Assembly (NCBI RefSeq): GCF_963920935.1
Contig: NZ_CAWUDO010000034.1
Location: 49,138-81,137 of the forward strand
Direction of reading: 5' to 3'
DNA from: Nostoc sp. CCY 9925
Lineage (GTDB): Bacteria > Cyanobacteriota > Cyanobacteriia > Cyanobacteriales > Nostocaceae
DNA length: 32,000 nucleotides
Within the stretch, counting starts at the first letter, position 1; the number at the start of each line of letters is the position of its first letter. The position numbers and the translations under genes were made by a program. Positions 31,301-32,000 of the stretch are shown here, one piece after another. The notes beneath the pieces were generated by a model that worked only from the letters and a program-made list of their open reading frames with translations, was not told where the DNA came from and did not search any database.

Positions 31301-32000
31301 TAGCCTCAAGAACCTAGGATTACTCTACTACTTCCAAGGCAGATACAGCGAAGCTGAACCTCTGTACATCCAAGCTTTGGCACTCACACGCAAATTGCTA
31401 GGAGAGGAACACCCAGATGTCGCCACTAGCCTCAACAGCTTAGGATTACTCTACTATTTCCAAAACAGATACAGCGAAGCTGAACCTCTGTACATTCAAG
31501 CTTTAGCAATCAGACGCAAGTTGCTGCCAGAAGAACACTCAGATGTCGCCATTAGCCTTAACAACTTAGGATTACTCTACTATTCCCAAGGCGGATACAG
31601 CGAAGCTGAACCTCTTTTAATCCAAGCTTTAGCAATCAGGCGCAAATTGCTGCCAGAGGAACACCTAGATGTCGCCGCTAGCCTCAACAACTTAGGATTA
31701 CTCTACTATTCCCAAGCCAGATACAGTGAAGCTGAACCTCTTTTAATCCAAGCTTTAGCACTCAGGCGCAAGTTGCTGCCAGAAGAACACTCAGATGTCG
31801 CCACTAGCCTCAACAACTTAGGATTACTCTACTATTCCCAGGGCAGATATAGCGAAGCTGAATCTTTGTACATCAAAGCTTTAGATATTTGTGAGCAACA
31901 GTTAGGAGTAAATCACTCAACTACTGTAATTATTCAAAAAAATTTAGCAGATTTGCGCGTAGGCGAAGCCCGCCGCAGGCATCGCCCCACTTCACAATAG
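28353..32000 (+). CDS. NLR-like STAND protein: NB-ARC NTPase followed by 17 tandem 42-aa TPR units (TPR_10/12 type)
   Basis: Walker A IAGMGGVGKTELA (nt 28596-28619), Walker B VLLVLDDV, KVLMTTR, and a GLPL-type motif LGYLPLGLELVGRYL. From ~nt 29755 come 17 units of LLGEEHP.VA.SLNNLA.LY.SQGRYSEAEPLY.QAL...R. The stop TAG is at 31998-32000, the last triplet of the window. Confidence 0.9.
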   Translation: MNDRPNFEKIQQSAFNNVQAHDITVGSITQIVNQGKTPKAKGIPQNLPMSGVVKFVGREAELQNLHQMLQENNQVAIAAIAGMGGVGKTELALQYAIAHRENYKGGICWLLAKTGDVGIQVVQFARTQLDLNPPEDLTEDPQNKLLAQVEYCFRHWREGDVLLVLDDVAVYKEVKPYLPSSSPRFKVLMTTRLRLGASIKQLSLDVLQPEAALELFQSLIGAERLQKELDVAKSLCKWLGYLPLGLELVGRYLCQEGQQDLSLVKMLQRLEKKRLEQTALVEPEDDMTAHLGVQAAFELSWQELKDTDKQMGCLLSLFAAAPIPWNLVEQCLPEEDEEDLEEIRNNKLLKLHLLQRQGEETYQLHPLLREFFQYKLTDLEQAEELKRSVCKVMVGIAENIPYTPTLEQINAVSPAIPHIAEVANHLIQYISDDDLIWPFIGNAWFYNGQALYEKVAPWLEECLEVTKQRLGEEHPDVAATLNNLAQLYYSQGKYSEAKPLYLQALELWRRLLGEEHPSVATTLNNLGQLYYSQGKYSEAETLYLQALELWRRLLGEEDPFVATTLNNLGQLYYSQGKYSEAETLYLQALELWRRLLGEEDPFVATTLNNLGQLYYSQGRYSEAESLYLQALELTRRLLGEEHPNVALNLNNLAALYYSQGRYSEPETLNLQALKIWRRLLGEEHPNVALNLNNLALLYYSQGRYSEAEPLYLQALEIWRRLLGEEHPNVALNLNNLALLYYSQERYTEAEPLYLQALELWRRLLGEEHPNVALNLSNLALLYYSQERYSEAERLNLQALELRRRLLSEEHPDVAQSLNNLAGLYESQKRYSEAEHMNLQALALTRKLLGEEHPNVATSLNNLAGLYESQKRYSEAEPLYIQALALTRKLLGEEHPDVATSFKNLGLLYYFQDRYSEAEPLLIEALALRRKLLGEEHPDVATSLNNLAYVYEFQDRYSEAEPLYIQALAIRRKLLGEEHPDVATSLKNLGLLYYFQGRYSEAEPLYIQALALTRKLLGEEHPDVATSLNSLGLLYYFQNRYSEAEPLYIQALAIRRKLLPEEHSDVAISLNNLGLLYYSQGGYSEAEPLLIQALAIRRKLLPEEHLDVAASLNNLGLLYYSQARYSEAEPLLIQALALRRKLLPEEHSDVATSLNNLGLLYYSQGRYSEAESLYIKALDICEQQLGVNHSTTVIIQKNLADLRVGEARRRHRPTSQ
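29755..31900. repeat. Array of 17 tandem 126-bp repeats (the TPR units at DNA level), including one perfect 126-bp duplication
   Basis: 29907-30032 and 30033-30158 are identical base for base. Neighbouring units are highly similar in blocks. Confidence 0.95.

Overview
This is a chromosomal segment from a filamentous, heterocyst-forming cyanobacterium of the Nostoc/Anabaena type. Two things support that origin. The HIP1 octamer GCGATCGC occurs about two dozen times by eye. STRR-type heptamer tandem repeats (CCCCAGT, AATTTTG, AATTCGT, ATGCCCA and others) fill the spacers and even sit inside genes.

Gene content from left to right:
- the 3' part of a kdp operon: kdpB (cut by the window edge), a small kdpG-position ORF, kdpC, and the short cyanobacterial kdpD;
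- a DegT-family aminotransferase (- strand);
- a FetB/UPF0014-type permease;
- a 596-aa membrane-anchored hypothetical protein (- strand);
- a SucC/SucD-like pair whose conserved catalytic motifs look degenerate;
- a two-gene STAND-like cassette at 12029-17690. The first gene is a caspase/CHAT-like domain fused to an AAA_35 NTPase. The second is AAA_35, one hydrophobic helix, a coiled coil, 7 WD40 blades and an N-acetylmuramoyl-L-alanine amidase;
- a GC-rich ada gene (- strand), followed by a cluster of MITE-like repeats;
- a TPR protein and a membrane class III adenylate cyclase (- strand);
- an XPB-like helicase with a Bax1/DUF790 nuclease;
- a VapBC-type toxin-antitoxin pair;
- a PD-(D/E)XK nuclease (- strand);
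- a small helical protein translationally coupled to a 1215-aa NB-ARC protein with 17 TPR units, whose stop codon is the last triplet of the window.

The best candidates for an uncharacterised system are the protease/NTPase/WD40/amidase cassette (12.0-17.7 kb) and the small-protein plus NB-ARC-TPR pair (27.9-32.0 kb). The second sits in a defence-island-like neighbourhood. I found no rRNA gene, tRNA gene, CRISPR array or intact transposase. All domain calls rest on motifs read by eye, and no database search was run.
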